Shown here: in pieces, positions 52,450 to 64,000 of the stretch
Numbering within the stretch: the stretch's first letter is position 1
How the letters are laid out: each line of letters starts with the position of its first letter
From: an uncultured Mollicutes bacterium
Lineage (GTDB): Bacteria; Bacillota_I; Bacilli_A; ML615J-28; CAG-313
Reading direction: 5' to 3'
Assembly (NCBI GenBank): GCA_900539265.1
Contig: UQBM01000008.1
Location: forward strand, 4,095-68,094
DNA: 64,000 nucleotides
The notes under the pieces: model-generated
What the model saw: only the letters and a program-made list of their open reading frames with translations
Database searches by the model: none
What the model was told of the DNA's origin: nothing
Made by a program: the position numbers and the translations under genes

Positions 52450-52612
52450 AAGTTGCCTAATCTTCAAAAGGCAACTTAAAAAAGCATAATAAATATTATG
52501 TCTTCTTTCATCTAGACTTTACTATCGGTTTTGGAATTACACCAAATCATGTCATATAAATGACTCGCGGACTTTACCGCCGGTCGGGAATTACACCCTG
52601 CCCTGAAGATTA
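52450..52612 (-). ncRNA. FMN riboswitch (RFN element) with intrinsic terminator expression platform
   Basis: Minus-strand sequence CUUCAGGGCAGGGUGUAAUUCCCGACCGGCGGUAAAGUCCGCGAGUCA ... GAUUUGGUGUAAUUCCAAAACCGAUAGUAAAGUCUAGAUGAAAGAAGA matches the conserved RFN core (GGGCAGGGUGAAAUUCCCGACCGGCGGUA ... CCGACAGUGAAAGUCUGGAUGGGAGAAGG). It is followed by the terminator AGTTGCC-ttttgaagatta-GGCAACT plus T8, then GGAGG and the ribU ATG. Confidence 0.85.
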
Positions 52613-52819
52613 ATAATATTTTATAACAAGTATCATCTTTTAACAACTATTTTGCTTATAATTATCTTTTACGAGTATTGGTAATTTCTTTAGCTATTTC
52701 TGTTTTTATATTTTCTTCTAATTCACTTTCAGTTACAAAATTTTTAGGTAGATTTCGTAAGCCATCATTAATTTTTTTCTTTTTCATTTAATCACCACTA
52801 AATTATATGAACAAAACCA

Positions 52820-53620
52820 TTAATTATACTTATAACTATTCATAATTTTTTTTATATCTTGATAATCAAATCCTTTATTTAATAACTTCACAATAATTTT
52901 ATTTTGATCAATTTCTTTATTTAATAGTTTTTGATATTCTTTAACAAGCAAATCGTTAGAATCATCTATCAATTCTATCTTATCTAAAACATAATTAATG
53001 ATATCAAAACTATATCCTTCTTGCAAAAGTTTATTTGTAATTTGCATTTTCTGCTTTTTAATTGGATTTTTTTGAATACTAGGAATAAACTTATTTGATA
53101 TTTTTAAAGCATTATTTTTTTCTTCATCAAAAGAATAATCATTAAGATATTTTTGAATTAAATTTTGATCAATTCCTTTATTTGAAAGATGTTGCAAAAT
53201 GTACAACCTTCCTTTGGATTTTCTAATAAATTCTACTATATAACTTTGTACATATCTTTCATCATCAAGATATTTAATTTTTATAAGTTTTTGCATAATT
53301 GCATTAATACTTTTTTCATCAACATCTAAATTGAGTAAATAATTATATACTTCTTTCTTAGTGCGTGGTTTAAAATCAATATAATGTAAAGCTTTGTTAT
53401 AATATAGAGATATTTTTTCGCTATTTTTGATTTTGTTAAACTCTTTTGATGAAAACATGTTACCAACAATTATTCTAAATTCCACCATTTGATCTTCTGT
53501 TAAACTTATCTCATTTTCATAATTATCAAATGATATAAAATATTTTTTATTTTTAACGCGTATTTTGCTAACTTTATATTCGTTAACTTTTTGATTATTA
53601 CTATTATTGGGGACTATCAT
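52820..53620 (-). CDS. recX: recombination regulator RecX
   Basis: Three-repeat helical RecX architecture. The start was trimmed to the ATG at 53620 (266 aa) to avoid an 80-nt overlap with the upstream gene. Confidence 0.7.
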   Translation of the reverse strand: MIVPNNSNNQKVNEYKVSKIRVKNKKYFISFDNYENEISLTEDQMVEFRIIVGNMFSSKEFNKIKNSEKISLYYNKALHYIDFKPRTKKEVYNYLLNLDVDEKSINAIMQKLIKIKYLDDERYVQSYIVEFIRKSKGRLYILQHLSNKGIDQNLIQKYLNDYSFDEEKNNALKISNKFIPSIQKNPIKKQKMQITNKLLQEGYSFDIINYVLDKIELIDDSNDLLVKEYQKLLNKEIDQNKIIVKLLNKGFDYQDIKKIMNSYKYN

Positions 53621-54584
53621 AACTAAATCCTTCACCATGTACTTCACTAGCTCTCGTAACATAAATAAATGCTTTACTATCAATTTCTAAAATAATTGAT
53701 TTTAATTTATAAAATTCTTTGTTAGACATAATACAAACAATCATAGTAAATTCACGTTCTTCATAGCCACTACGTGCATATACTTCTGTAACTCCACGTT
53801 TTAAAACTTCAAAAATTTTCTGTTTTATTTTTAGAGGCTCTTTAGTAATAATATTTACTGCTCTAGAATTAAAGCCACTAAATGCGATTGAATCAAGCAC
53901 AAACCCTGAAATAAGAATAAATGAAAAGCCATACAAAATTGTAAATAAATCCTGAAAATAAAAGCAAGCGCTAAGTACGATTGTACCATCAATAATAATA
54001 AGACTTGCGGAAAAAGGAATTTTAAAATATTTTAAAAAAATTTGTTGAATAATGTCAACTCCTCCTGTTGAAGCCCCTCTTTTTAAAGCAAGTCCTAACC
54101 CAATCCCACTAATAACAGCTCCAAAAATAACAAATACTAAATAAGAACCAGCCATTATTACTTTAATAGTTGTAGTATCTAAATTTGTTTGTTGTTGCAA
54201 ATTGTTGGCAATTAGTGTTAAATTAATAAATTTATCGCCTAATAAATTAATAACCAACTCTAATATAAAAATATAAACAGGATAAATAATTGAAGCATAT
54301 AATGTTTTTAAAAAGAAACTTTTACCTATAAATAAAAAAGCAAAAACTAATAAAATACCATTAAATATTAGAATAATAAATGATGAAGTTATATGCATAC
54401 CGAAAATTGTAAAATCAGTAAGAATATCCTTCAAAAGAGTAGCAATTCCTCCTACGCCACCTATTACAAGATTATTAGGATCAATGAAGACACTATAAGC
54501 AATCGCCATTAAAAAAACTCCTAAATTTATCATTAAAAAATCTTTAATTTGTCTTTTATTAAATAGCTTTTTTTGTAAATTCAT
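53604..54584 (-). CDS. YitT-family membrane protein (DUF161 + DUF2179), second paralog
   Basis: GGVGGIATLL and GASTGGVDII motifs; a C-terminal soluble domain. Confidence 0.6.
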   Translation of the reverse strand: MNLQKKLFNKRQIKDFLMINLGVFLMAIAYSVFIDPNNLVIGGVGGIATLLKDILTDFTIFGMHITSSFIILIFNGILLVFAFLFIGKSFFLKTLYASIIYPVYIFILELVINLLGDKFINLTLIANNLQQQTNLDTTTIKVIMAGSYLVFVIFGAVISGIGLGLALKRGASTGGVDIIQQIFLKYFKIPFSASLIIIDGTIVLSACFYFQDLFTILYGFSFILISGFVLDSIAFSGFNSRAVNIITKEPLKIKQKIFEVLKRGVTEVYARSGYEEREFTMIVCIMSNKEFYKLKSIILEIDSKAFIYVTRASEVHGEGFSYDSPQ

Positions 54585-54594
54585 AATTACTCAC

Positions 54595-55689
54595 CTATCT
54601 ATTATTTTTATACCATTTTAAATATGCATTGATAAATTCATCTAAATTTCCATCTAAAATATCATTTGGATTAGAACTTTCCATTCCAGTTCGGTGATCC
54701 TTTACCATTGCATAAGGATGTAAAATATAACTTCTAATTTGACTACCAAACGCATTATCTGTTAATGGCGTACCAATATTTTTTTTAAGCCTATCTTGTT
54801 CATCTTGAAGTTTTTGATATAATTTAGATTTTAAGATATGCAAGGCTTTCTCGCGATTTTGAATTTGACTTCTCTCATTTTGACATGAAACAACAATTCC
54901 TGTTGGCAAATGAGTAATTCTAACAGCAGAATCTGTTGTATTAACATGCTGACCACCAGCTCCACTTGAGCGATAAGTATCAATTTTTAAGTCTTCTTGA
55001 TTTATTTTAATATCAATATGTTCGTCAATTTCTGGCATCACATTACAAGCAGCAAAAGAAGTATGCCTTCTTGAATTAGCATCAAAGGGAGAAATCCGAA
55101 CAAGTCTATGAACACCTTTTTCCCCTTTTAATATGCCATACGTATTTAAACCTTTTATTAAAAAAGTTACACTTTTAATGCCAGCATCATTTGCTTCAAG
55201 ATAATCAATTAATTCAAAATCAAAATTATTTCTTTCTGCATATCTTTTATACATTCTAAAAAGCATGAAAGCCCAATCCTGTGATTCTGTACCTCCAGCT
55301 CCTGGATGTAATTCTAGTATTGCATTCATATGATCATAATCTTCATCTAGCAATAATTCAATTTCTGTTTTTTCTAAATGTTTATCTAAATTTGTTATTA
55401 AATTTTCAGCTTCTAAAAATAATGTTTCATCATCTAATTCTAATATCATTGATAAATCTTCATATTCTTTTATAAGTGTATTGTAATTATTTAGACTATC
55501 TTTTAAATTATTATTTTTTTGTGTTAAAGATGAGGCCTTCTTAGCATTATCCCAAAATCCTTCTTCTAACATTTGCTCTTCATATAATTTTATTTGAGAG
55601 GAAATTTGATCAATATTTAAAACTTCTTTGATATCTTTTATTCTTTTATCAAAAATTTCTAACCATTTTATTATTTCATATCTTTCCAT
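54595..55689 (-). CDS. prfB: peptide chain release factor 2 (no programmed frameshift)
   Basis: SPF motif (RISPFD) and GGQ (SGAGGQHVNTTDSAV). It reads as one continuous frame from the ATG at 55689, which follows AAAGGGGAA. Confidence 0.9.
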   Translation of the reverse strand: MERYEIIKWLEIFDKRIKDIKEVLNIDQISSQIKLYEEQMLEEGFWDNAKKASSLTQKNNNLKDSLNNYNTLIKEYEDLSMILELDDETLFLEAENLITNLDKHLEKTEIELLLDEDYDHMNAILELHPGAGGTESQDWAFMLFRMYKRYAERNNFDFELIDYLEANDAGIKSVTFLIKGLNTYGILKGEKGVHRLVRISPFDANSRRHTSFAACNVMPEIDEHIDIKINQEDLKIDTYRSSGAGGQHVNTTDSAVRITHLPTGIVVSCQNERSQIQNREKALHILKSKLYQKLQDEQDRLKKNIGTPLTDNAFGSQIRSYILHPYAMVKDHRTGMESSNPNDILDGNLDEFINAYLKWYKNNR

Positions 55690-55752
55690 AAATTCCCCTT
55701 TCACATTTATATAAAAAGCAAGTTTAGTTTCTGCTAAGCTTGCTTTATTGTT

Positions 55753-58263
55753 TTATTTTTCATTCATACCGCAGCAATGCTTGTATTTTTTTCCTGATCC
55801 ACATGGACACGGATCATTTCTTCCAACTTTATTTTTATTAACAATTGGCTTACGTTTAGCCGTTTCTGAATTACCCGCATTTGTTCCTGTTACTTTGGCT
55901 TGCTCTTCACGTTGTAGATTTTCTCTTAAAACCGCCCTATTAACAGTCAATGTTACTTCATCGTTTATTGTTGCAATCATATCATTAAAAGTTTGATAGC
56001 CAATTTCTTGATACTCACGAAGTGGATTAATTTGAGCATAGGATTGTAATCCTATACTTTGACGTAAATCACTCATTTGATCAATATGATCCATCCAGTA
56101 TTTATCAACAACTCTTAATAAAACAACTTTTAAAAATTCTTGAAAAATTTCAAAGGGAACAGCCTTTTTCTTTTCTTCTAAATTCTGATGGAATTTATTT
56201 TCAATTAATTCCTCAAGTTGATTTTGATTTAAACCCTCAACTTCTTCAATAGAAAGATCATTTCGATTAAAATATTTAAGACCAAATTCATTCATAAATC
56301 TAGTAGCATCGACAACAGAATTTTTTTTATCATAAACCATAAAGGTTGGAATATAACGAATCACTACTGAATGCATCATTTTATGAATTGTTGGTTCCAT
56401 ATCATCAAGAAAAAGAATATCATTTCTTTGACTATAAATTATTTCCCTTTGTTTTCTCAAAACCTCGTCATATTCAACAACGCTTTTACGACGATCATAG
56501 TTAGAACCTTCAACCTTTTTTTGAGCACTTTCGACAAAACGAGAAAACATCTTAGATTCTAAAGGCGTTTCATTTCCATCTGCATCAGGATTAGCAATCA
56601 TTCCTAATAATCTTTCAAAACGTTCACCACCAAAACGAACCATTAATTCATCTTGAGCAGACAAATAGAATCTACTATAACCTGGATCTCCTTGACGACC
56701 AGATCGACCTCTTAACTGATTATCAATACGTCTAGCTTCATGTCTTTCTGTTCCAATTACTGCAAGTCCGCCAAGTTCTACAACTCCTTCACCAAGTTTA
56801 ATATCAGTACCACGACCTGCCATATTAGTAGCAATAGTAACTGCTCCTTTTTCACCAGCATGAGCAATAATCTCTGCTTCCCTTGCGTGTTGTTTGGCAT
56901 TTAACACATTATGAGGAATGCCATGTCGCTTTAAAAGATTAGATAAAAGTTCACTTGATTCAATAGAAACTGTACCAACTAATACTGGTTGACCCTTTTC
57001 ATGTCGAGCCTTAATATCTAAAGCAATGGCTTGATATTTAGCTTTCATTGATCTAAAAATCAAATCAGGATCATCAATCCTAATAACTGGTTCATTAGTT
57101 GGAATTTCTACAACAAACATATTGTAAATATTTCTAAATTCTTCTTCTTCTGTTTTAGCAGTACCTGTCATACCAGCTAATTTATGATACATACGAAAAT
57201 AATTTTGATAAGTAATGGTTGCTAGAGTTCTTGTTTCCTTTTTAATTTGAACATTTTCTTTTGCTTCAACTGCTTGATGCAAACCATCGCTCCACTGTCT
57301 ACCCACCATTAAACGACCAGTAAAAGGATCAACGATTACAACTGCTCCATCATGAACTACATAGTCTTTATCTTTTTCCATAATATAATTCGCTCTAAGA
57401 GCATTATTTATATAATGAACAAGACCGACATTTTTAATATCATACAAGTTTTCAACATTGAAGAATTTTTCAGCCTTTGCCATTCCTGATTCAAGTAAGG
57501 TTACATGGCGATCCTTAACATCAATTTCATAATCTTCTTCTTTAAGTCCTTTTACAAAAGTATTAGATTGAAGATAAAAATTTGCTCCCTTTTTTTCACC
57601 ACCCGAAATAATTAATGGCGTTCTAGCTTCATCAATTAAAATAGAGTCAACTTCATCAACAATGGCAAAATTCATCTCAGGACGTTGAACCATTTGTTCT
57701 TTATACAAAACCATATGATCTCTTAAATAGTCAAAACCTAATTCACTATTGGTAGAATATGTAATATCGCAATTATATTGAGCACGTTTTTCATCTGGTT
57801 CTAATTCTCGTAAATTTAAACCAACTGTAATGCCTAAAAAGTTATGAATTTCTCCCATCTCTTTGGCATCACGACTTGCAAGATATTCATTAACTGTAAC
57901 AATATGAACACCCTTACCTGTCAAAGCATTCAAATACGCAACTAAAACTGATGTTAAAGTTTTACCTTCACCTGTTTTCATTTCTGCAATGTTACCAAAA
58001 TGCATTGCGGCAGCACCTATAATTTGCACCTTAAAAGGAGTAAGTCCTATTACTCTAGTTGAAGCTTCGCGTGCTGTCGCAAAAGCCTCAATCATAATAT
58101 CATCTAATGTTTCTCCCTTATTTAAACGTTCTTTAAATTCATTAGTTTTAGCTTTCAATTCATCATCTGATAATGCCTTATATTTATTTTCTAAAGCAAC
58201 AACTGCTTCTGCAATCTTAGTACACTTTTTTAATTCTTTATTTGCAGGATCAAATAATTTCAT
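55753..58263 (-). CDS. secA: preprotein translocase ATPase SecA
   Basis: 836 aa with DEAD motor motifs and a C-terminal zinc-binding [14 protein letters not shown]. Confidence 0.95.
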   Translation of the reverse strand: MKLFDPANKELKKCTKIAEAVVALENKYKALSDDELKAKTNEFKERLNKGETLDDIMIEAFATAREASTRVIGLTPFKVQIIGAAAMHFGNIAEMKTGEGKTLTSVLVAYLNALTGKGVHIVTVNEYLASRDAKEMGEIHNFLGITVGLNLRELEPDEKRAQYNCDITYSTNSELGFDYLRDHMVLYKEQMVQRPEMNFAIVDEVDSILIDEARTPLIISGGEKKGANFYLQSNTFVKGLKEEDYEIDVKDRHVTLLESGMAKAEKFFNVENLYDIKNVGLVHYINNALRANYIMEKDKDYVVHDGAVVIVDPFTGRLMVGRQWSDGLHQAVEAKENVQIKKETRTLATITYQNYFRMYHKLAGMTGTAKTEEEEFRNIYNMFVVEIPTNEPVIRIDDPDLIFRSMKAKYQAIALDIKARHEKGQPVLVGTVSIESSELLSNLLKRHGIPHNVLNAKQHAREAEIIAHAGEKGAVTIATNMAGRGTDIKLGEGVVELGGLAVIGTERHEARRIDNQLRGRSGRQGDPGYSRFYLSAQDELMVRFGGERFERLLGMIANPDADGNETPLESKMFSRFVESAQKKVEGSNYDRRKSVVEYDEVLRKQREIIYSQRNDILFLDDMEPTIHKMMHSVVIRYIPTFMVYDKKNSVVDATRFMNEFGLKYFNRNDLSIEEVEGLNQNQLEELIENKFHQNLEEKKKAVPFEIFQEFLKVVLLRVVDKYWMDHIDQMSDLRQSIGLQSYAQINPLREYQEIGYQTFNDMIATINDEVTLTVNRAVLRENLQREEQAKVTGTNAGNSETAKRKPIVNKNKVGRNDPCPCGSGKKYKHCCGMNEK

Positions 58264-58364
58264 AATTTAATCACAAATCCTTTCTAATATAATTTTAGAT
58301 TTCTAAAAATTACTTATAATATATAATATCAAATTATTTAATTTTTTTCAAGTTAAACGTATCT

Positions 58365-58994
58365 TTATAATATTTGCTTTTTATTTAAAACTTCTTGATG
58401 CTCAAAAATTGAAAACTCACAACCACAATAGTCTTGACGATATAAATTATATTCTTGGGATAGTTTTATAGAATGCTGATATCCATTTTCCTTTTTAAAA
58501 TTAGAATAAAGATACCTACAATTTTGGTTTTGATATTTAAAACCTATCTCGTTAATCCATTCACTATTTTTATATGGACTAATTGAAAGTGTTGTCGTAT
58601 AATAATCAAAATGATATTTTTTTGCATATTCAAAGGTTTTCATTATTCTTAATTCATAACAATTGTAGCATCTTTTACTTCTTTCGCCATTTTTTTCAAG
58701 TCCCTTAATATTTTTCAAATACGTATCATATTCATATAGTCCTTCAATAACATTAATATCTAATTTCATCTCTTGAATTAATCGTTGTTGCTCTTTAAAT
58801 CTTTTTTTAAACTCATCGTTTGGATAAATATTAGGATTATAGTAAAATATCGTTATTTTAAAATACTGATTTAATAAAGATAACACATGTGAACTACAAG
58901 GACCACAACAGCTATGAATTAATAGAGTTGGTTTTTTTTTATTTTTATGGATATCGTTAAGAAACTTTTTAAACTCTTTATAATTATTTATCAT
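58365..58994 (-). CDS. queH: epoxyqueuosine reductase QueH (DUF208)
   Basis: LIHSCCGPCSS Cys-cluster motif typical of QueH; 209 aa. Confidence 0.7.
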   Translation of the reverse strand: MINNYKEFKKFLNDIHKNKKKPTLLIHSCCGPCSSHVLSLLNQYFKITIFYYNPNIYPNDEFKKRFKEQQRLIQEMKLDINVIEGLYEYDTYLKNIKGLEKNGERSKRCYNCYELRIMKTFEYAKKYHFDYYTTTLSISPYKNSEWINEIGFKYQNQNCRYLYSNFKKENGYQHSIKLSQEYNLYRQDYCGCEFSIFEHQEVLNKKQIL

Positions 58995-59685
58995 AATTTA
59001 AAATAAACTCCTTTAAAGTTTGATAATTAGAAAAATTTAAAGCAACATTTTGGCCATTCTCTTCTTTTTTATTTATATTGTACCAACCAAAGTTAATTCC
59101 TATGGCTTTTGCAAATAATCTATCATAATAATAATCATTACCAATAAAAATACTTTCATCCTTATTTATATTATTAAATAAATCTGTTTTTGAAAAAAAT
59201 TCATAAGAAGGCTTACGAAAACCAACATCGCTTGATGAGTATAATTCATAAATCAAATCAGTTAATTGAAACTTATCAATGGTTTTCATTAAAACTTTTT
59301 TTGAAAAAGTAGAATTACTATAAATATAGACTTTTAAACCATACTTTTTAGCAAATACTAAAAAATCGAAAGCATCATCAATGATTTTATCTTTAACACA
59401 CTTTTGATATATTTCTAATTCTAATTCATCATAAGACTTTATATATTTTATATCAGTAATTTTCTCTAAATTAGACAAATATTTTATAAAAGGTACTTCT
59501 AAATTATCTATATTTCTATCTTTATACATTTCTTTCATTAATTCAAAACCTATGCTAATAAAATTATCTAATTCAATTTTTTTATTCATAGATTGATTAT
59601 ATAATATTTTTAATCCTAATTTAAGATTGAAATCAATATTATTAATTATGGTATTTCCCAAATCCATTAATATATGTTTAATCAT
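58984..59685 (-). CDS. HAD-superfamily hydrolase (subfamily IA-like)
   Basis: Motif II/III (YIYSNST ... FRKP) and motif IV (GNDYYYD). The start was set at the ATG at 59685, after AGAGGTAG. Confidence 0.5.
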   Translation of the reverse strand: MIKHILMDLGNTIINNIDFNLKLGLKILYNQSMNKKIELDNFISIGFELMKEMYKDRNIDNLEVPFIKYLSNLEKITDIKYIKSYDELELEIYQKCVKDKIIDDAFDFLVFAKKYGLKVYIYSNSTFSKKVLMKTIDKFQLTDLIYELYSSSDVGFRKPSYEFFSKTDLFNNINKDESIFIGNDYYYDRLFAKAIGINFGWYNINKKEENGQNVALNFSNYQTLKEFILNYDK

Positions 59686-59832
59686 TTTATCTACCTCTAT
59701 CTTTATTATTATACCAAATTTCATTAGTATTATCAATCAAAAATAATAAACCATGAACTTTTAGAATTCATGGTTTATTAATCATCATCATTATGATAAC
59801 ACACAAATAAGATTTAATATTAAATATTTATA

Positions 59833-60375
59833 TTATTCTTTAGTCTCAATAGTTCCATATCCACCATCTTTTCGTAGATATACAACAGTATGACGATGGT
59901 TTGCCTCATTTATAAAACTAAAAAAATCATGATCTAACATTTCCATTTTAGTAATTGCCTCATCTAAAGTCATTACTTCAGGATTAATAACTTTCATTTT
60001 AGTTGCTATTTTAAGATTTTTATCTTCATCTTTAGACTCTAAATTACTAAAATAATTACTAATACCTTCACGCTTTTTAATAATTGTATTTACTTTTTGT
60101 TTATGTCTTAATAATTGTCTTTCAATTTTATCTGTTGCTAAATCTATTGCTCCATATAAAGTATCGGCTTTACTTTCAGCTCGTAAAATAATATGTTTTA
60201 GAGGAATCGTAATTTCTACAATTACATTTTTTTCCGTCCCTTTACATAATACATTAGCTATTACATTCTCACTTTGATTGAATAGTTTTTTTAATGATTC
60301 AACACGATTGATAATATAATCACGAGCATTATCACTCATTTTAACTAATTCATTGCCTCTTACATTTATTTTCAT
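59833..60375 (-). CDS. hpf: ribosome hibernation promoting factor (long HPF / YvyD)
   Basis: 180 aa with N-terminal and C-terminal HPF domains. Upstream of secA-prfB as in B. subtilis. Confidence 0.85.
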   Translation of the reverse strand: MKINVRGNELVKMSDNARDYIINRVESLKKLFNQSENVIANVLCKGTEKNVIVEITIPLKHIILRAESKADTLYGAIDLATDKIERQLLRHKQKVNTIIKKREGISNYFSNLESKDEDKNLKIATKMKVINPEVMTLDEAITKMEMLDHDFFSFINEANHRHTVVYLRKDGGYGTIETKE

Positions 60376-60475
60376 AAAAATAGCTCCTTTTTCTGTATAT
60401 TTTGTAAGTAAATTATCTTACACTATTATTATACCAAAAAAAGTAAAAAATGTAAATATTTTTTATAATTTTCTT

Positions 60476-60724
60476 TTAGCCTATTATTACGAGATAATTA
60501 TCATTTGTATTATTAATTAAAATTTCTAAATCTTCTTCCATTTCTTCAAAACTATTAAAAAAGAAAATATTAGGAAAAGATATAAATACTTTTGCAATTT
60601 TTTTATTAATAATTATTTGATTTATATATCTTTTATTTTCAATTATTATAATATGTTGATATCCTACTTGAAAATGATAAATTTTATCTTTAATAATATG
60701 GGGAACAAAAAGTTTAGCTATCAT
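60476..60724 (-). CDS. hypothetical protein (82 aa)
   Basis: AGGAAG 7 nt upstream of the ATG, and 21 nt downstream of the leuS stop. No recognisable motifs. Confidence 0.3.
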   Translation of the reverse strand: MIAKLFVPHIIKDKIYHFQVGYQHIIIIENKRYINQIIINKKIAKVFISFPNIFFFNSFEEMEEDLEILINNTNDNYLVIIG

Positions 60725-60745
60725 TACTATTCTTCCTATAATATT

Positions 60746-63163
60746 TTAAATGACAATACTTACAAGTTTATTGGGAATAATAATAATCTTTTTAGGCGTC
60801 ATACCATTTAAATTAGCTAAAACTTTCGGACTATTTAAAACAAGTTTTTCTAATTCTTCTTTAGTGGTATCAATACTAACTTGTAATTTATCTCGAAGTT
60901 TACCATTTATTTGAACAACAACAGTTACCTCTTGATTTATAGTCTTATTATTATCATAATTTGGCCAATTTTCATAAGTAATTGTCTGCTGATATCCTAA
61001 AAATTCCCATAATTCTTCACCTAAATGAGGTGCAAATGGATATATCATTTTTACATATCCTTCTACGTACTCTTTCGTTAATATTGGATATTTATAAATT
61101 TCATTGGTCAAAATCATAAGTTGAGAAATAGCTGTATTATAATGCAAATTTTCAATATCTTCAGTTACCTTTTTCACCGTTTGATGATACACTTTTTCTA
61201 AAGTTTTATCATCATTATTAATTTTTATTCCTTCTGTTACTAATCGATAAACTCTTTCTAAAAAGCGTCTTGCCCCATCTACTGCTTTAGTTGACCAAGG
61301 TTTCATTGCATCAAGAGGCCCCATAAACATTTCATATACTCTTAAAGTATCTGCCCCATACTTTTCAACAATGGCATCAGGATTAATTACATTTCCACGA
61401 GATTTAGACATTTTCACACCATCTTCACCAAGAATCATTCCTTGATTATAAAGCTTTTGAAATGGTTCTTTACATTTTACAATACCACAATCATACAAAA
61501 CTTTATGCCAAAATCTTGCATATAATAAATGCAATACTGCATGTTCAGCACCGCCAATATAAAGATCAACTGGCAACCATTCATTTATCAATTTTTGAAC
61601 CTCTTTATCTGTTAAATCTAACATTTTACCATCTTGTTTTAATAAATAACCAATATAGTACCAACAGCTACCCGCCCATTGTGGCATTGTATTAGTTTCA
61701 CGACGACCTTTAACACCATCTGATCTTGTTACTTCCAACCATTCTTTAGCATTTGCAAGTGGACTTTCGCCTGTACCTGATAATTTAAGACCATTTATTT
61801 TAGGAAGTTCTAATGGAAGAAATTTTTCGTCCAATAATTCAACAGTACCATCCTCCCAATGAATAATTGGAAAAGGTTCTCCCCAATATCTTTGTCGCGA
61901 AAAAATCCAATCCCTTAAACGATAATTTACCGATACACTACCTATTTTTTTATCAGTTAAATATTCTAACATTTTATCAATAGCTTCTTTTTTGTTCAAA
62001 CCATTCAAAAAATCAGAATTGATATGAGGACCATCTTTTGTATATGGTAAATCTAAACTATTACCACCTTCTAAAACTGGGATGATTTCAAGATTAAATT
62101 TTTTAGCAAAAGCAAAATCTCTTTCATCATGAGCAGGAACTGCCATTATTGCTCCAGTTCCATAACTTGCTAAAACATAATCAGCAATCCAAATTGGAAT
62201 TTCCTTACCATTTACAGGATTAATAGCATATGCACCTGTAAAACAACCCGTTTTTTCTTTATTAAGTTCTGTCCGATCTAAATCAGTTTTGGCTTTGGCA
62301 AATTTAATATATTCTTTTACACTTGATAATTGATCCTTAGTAGTTATTAAATCTACTAACTTATGCTCAGGAGCCAATACACAATAAGTTGCTCCAAATA
62401 GAGTATCACATCTAGTAGTAAATACTGTAAATTTATAATTGGTATTTTTTACTTTAAACTCTACTAATGCTCCATTACTCTTACCAATCCAATTTCTTTG
62501 CATTTCTTTAATTGATTCTGGCCAATCAATTTCTTCTAAATCGTTTAATAATCTTTCAGCATAATTTGTAATTTTTAAAACCCATTGTTTCATTGGACGT
62601 TTTTCTACAGGATATTCTCCTCGTTCACTAACCATTTTACCATCAACATTAATGATTTCTTCATTGGCTAAAACGGTTCCTAATCCTTCGCACCAATTAA
62701 CTTCAATTTCTTTTAATTCAGCAAGTCCTTTTTTATAAAGTTGACAAAAAATCCATTGTGTCCATTTAAAATACTCTGGATCACAAGTTGCAATTTCTCT
62801 AGTCCAATCATATGATAGACCAAGCATTTTAATTTGACGTTTAAAATTAGCAATATTTTTATAAGTAAATTCTCTTGGATCATTACCAGTTTTAATAGCA
62901 TATTGTTCGGCAGGAAGTCCAAATGCATCCCATCCCATAGGATGCATTACGTTGAAACCTTTCATTCTCTTATATCTACATATAATATCAGTAGCGGTAT
63001 ATCCTTCGGGATGACCCACATGAAGACCTGCTCCACTAGGATAAGGAAACATATCCATTGCATAATATTTAGGTTTGTTTGTATCAAGCATTGTTTTAAA
63101 TGTTTGATTTTTATCCCAATACTCTTGCCATTTTTTATCTATCATTTTATGATTATAACTCAT
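60746..63163 (-). CDS. leuS: leucine--tRNA ligase
   Basis: HIGH ([16 protein letters not shown]) and KMSKS motifs. The start was moved to the ATG at 63163 ([16 protein letters not shown]), after AAGGAG. Confidence 0.95.
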   Translation of the reverse strand: MSYNHKMIDKKWQEYWDKNQTFKTMLDTNKPKYYAMDMFPYPSGAGLHVGHPEGYTATDIICRYKRMKGFNVMHPMGWDAFGLPAEQYAIKTGNDPREFTYKNIANFKRQIKMLGLSYDWTREIATCDPEYFKWTQWIFCQLYKKGLAELKEIEVNWCEGLGTVLANEEIINVDGKMVSERGEYPVEKRPMKQWVLKITNYAERLLNDLEEIDWPESIKEMQRNWIGKSNGALVEFKVKNTNYKFTVFTTRCDTLFGATYCVLAPEHKLVDLITTKDQLSSVKEYIKFAKAKTDLDRTELNKEKTGCFTGAYAINPVNGKEIPIWIADYVLASYGTGAIMAVPAHDERDFAFAKKFNLEIIPVLEGGNSLDLPYTKDGPHINSDFLNGLNKKEAIDKMLEYLTDKKIGSVSVNYRLRDWIFSRQRYWGEPFPIIHWEDGTVELLDEKFLPLELPKINGLKLSGTGESPLANAKEWLEVTRSDGVKGRRETNTMPQWAGSCWYYIGYLLKQDGKMLDLTDKEVQKLINEWLPVDLYIGGAEHAVLHLLYARFWHKVLYDCGIVKCKEPFQKLYNQGMILGEDGVKMSKSRGNVINPDAIVEKYGADTLRVYEMFMGPLDAMKPWSTKAVDGARRFLERVYRLVTEGIKINNDDKTLEKVYHQTVKKVTEDIENLHYNTAISQLMILTNEIYKYPILTKEYVEGYVKMIYPFAPHLGEELWEFLGYQQTITYENWPNYDNNKTINQEVTVVVQINGKLRDKLQVSIDTTKEELEKLVLNSPKVLANLNGMTPKKIIIIPNKLVSIVI

Positions 63164-63983
63164 TATTATTATCTCCTTGACCGCTATCTTTTCCTCTAAT
63201 AATATTAGAAATATTGGTCCCAATATTCTTTATAATATAATACCGAAGAGCAATTGTTACATAAATAATTGTTAAAAATTGACCGATAAAATACATAATG
63301 ATACTTGACCAAAAAATTGATAATAAATTGAAAATAACTCTTGGTGTATATGCTAAAATCACAATTTTACAAGTAGCACCAAAATTAACATTAAATCTTC
63401 CATAAAGTATTTTTATTAAAAGTGCTAATACTAAAACTTCAATTAAAAGTGAAACAATTCCACTAATAAGAATATAAGGAATTCCCATAAGTAATATTAA
63501 AGCTAAGTTTTTTTGATACATTGAAATATAAGAACTATCCAAATAATTTCTAAAAATTGTTTTATTGCTAGAAGCAATACTAAAATCAATTTCTGATAAT
63601 CCTAATTTTTCATAACTATAATAAAATTGTTTATTAGAAGTATTAGCTAATTCCTGCGTTTTGTCATTAGAAACATTACTTAATTTTAAAGTTCCCATAC
63701 TTATATAAATTCCTTCTTTTGCAAAAGTAAATAATATAACATTTTTATTAATCAAATCACTACTGAAATCATAACTATTTAAATCAATAGATTCATTAAT
63801 ATTAAACAAAACTAAAATATTCATATCAATACCAACAATCGTACCAATTTGGACATATTGAGGTTGGGCATTATCAATTGTTTTATTAAGATTTAACTTT
63901 CCATTAATATTTTCTAATTTATAATTAATTGGACTGCTCTTTGCAAAACTTTCTACAATTACATTTGAATAATCTGTTGGCAT
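63153..63983 (-). CDS. membrane protein, N-terminal soluble domain + C-terminal multi-TM (hypothetical)
   Basis: 276-aa ORF; the C-terminal 120 aa contain 3-4 TM helices. Confidence 0.45.
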   Translation of the reverse strand: MPTDYSNVIVESFAKSSPINYKLENINGKLNLNKTIDNAQPQYVQIGTIVGIDMNILVLFNINESIDLNSYDFSSDLINKNVILFTFAKEGIYISMGTLKLSNVSNDKTQELANTSNKQFYYSYEKLGLSEIDFSIASSNKTIFRNYLDSSYISMYQKNLALILLMGIPYILISGIVSLLIEVLVLALLIKILYGRFNVNFGATCKIVILAYTPRVIFNLLSIFWSSIIMYFIGQFLTIIYVTIALRYYIIKNIGTNISNIIRGKDSGQGDNNNEL

Positions 63984-64000
63984 TTGCTTTACTGAAATAA

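Noticed and set aside
54595-55704. Expected programmed +1 frameshift site (CUU UGA C) early in prfB
   Set aside because: The gene reads as one continuous frame from the ATG at 55689, with no in-frame TGA or shifty motif. This organism has the non-frameshifted prfB variant.
60476-60724. Considered whether the 82-aa ORF downstream of leuS is an artefact
   Set aside because: Kept as a low-confidence feature, not discarded: it has a plausible RBS and the correct strand, but there is no homology to support it.

Overview
This window is a chromosomal segment from an AT-rich (roughly 28-30% GC) Bacillota genome that uses the standard genetic code (TGA is a stop). Gene order closely follows Bacillus subtilis: rpoC'-rpoB-ybxB-rplL-rplJ-rplA-rplK ... 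nusG-secE-rpmG-sigH-rlmB-mrnC-cysS; rpsI-rplM; metG; pfkA; glgP-glgA-glgD-glgC-glgB; queA-ruvB with ruvA divergent; mgtE-ffh-ylxM-ftsY; topA; rnhB-rbgA-lepB-ftsK-like; recX; prfB-secA ... hpf; leuS. Nearly all genes are on the minus strand. Three cis-regulatory RNAs can be read directly from the sequence: an FMN riboswitch with terminator upstream of a RibU-type ECF S-component, a preQ1-I riboswitch upstream of a QueT-like transporter, and an L10 (rplJ) leader. rpmG (L33) is present but absent from the ORF track. The standout accessory locus is a roughly 3.3-kb AT-rich island (30.8-34.1 kb) between the glycogen operon and queA. It encodes a zinc-ribbon membrane protein, then a tightly coupled two-gene module: a GT2 glycosyltransferase with a C-terminal TPR-like domain, which appears to belong to the SunS/glycocin family, immediately followed by a BclA-like collagen-like protein. 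That protein has GPT/GAT triplets, a Cys-rich N-terminus, an interrupted triple-helix region, internal tandem repeats and no C-terminal globular domain. The module is bracketed by strong rho-independent terminators. This candidate dedicated glycosyltransferase plus collagen-like substrate system is the most interesting feature. Other notable points are accessory genes (GNAT, DUF1294, MBL/ComEC-like) inserted into the otherwise universally conserved nusG-rplK junction, an FtsK-family translocase lacking its membrane domain preceded by a single-pass membrane protein, and a surface protein with four Ig-like (DUF5011-type) repeats. No CRISPR arrays, transposases, tRNA or rRNA genes were seen.
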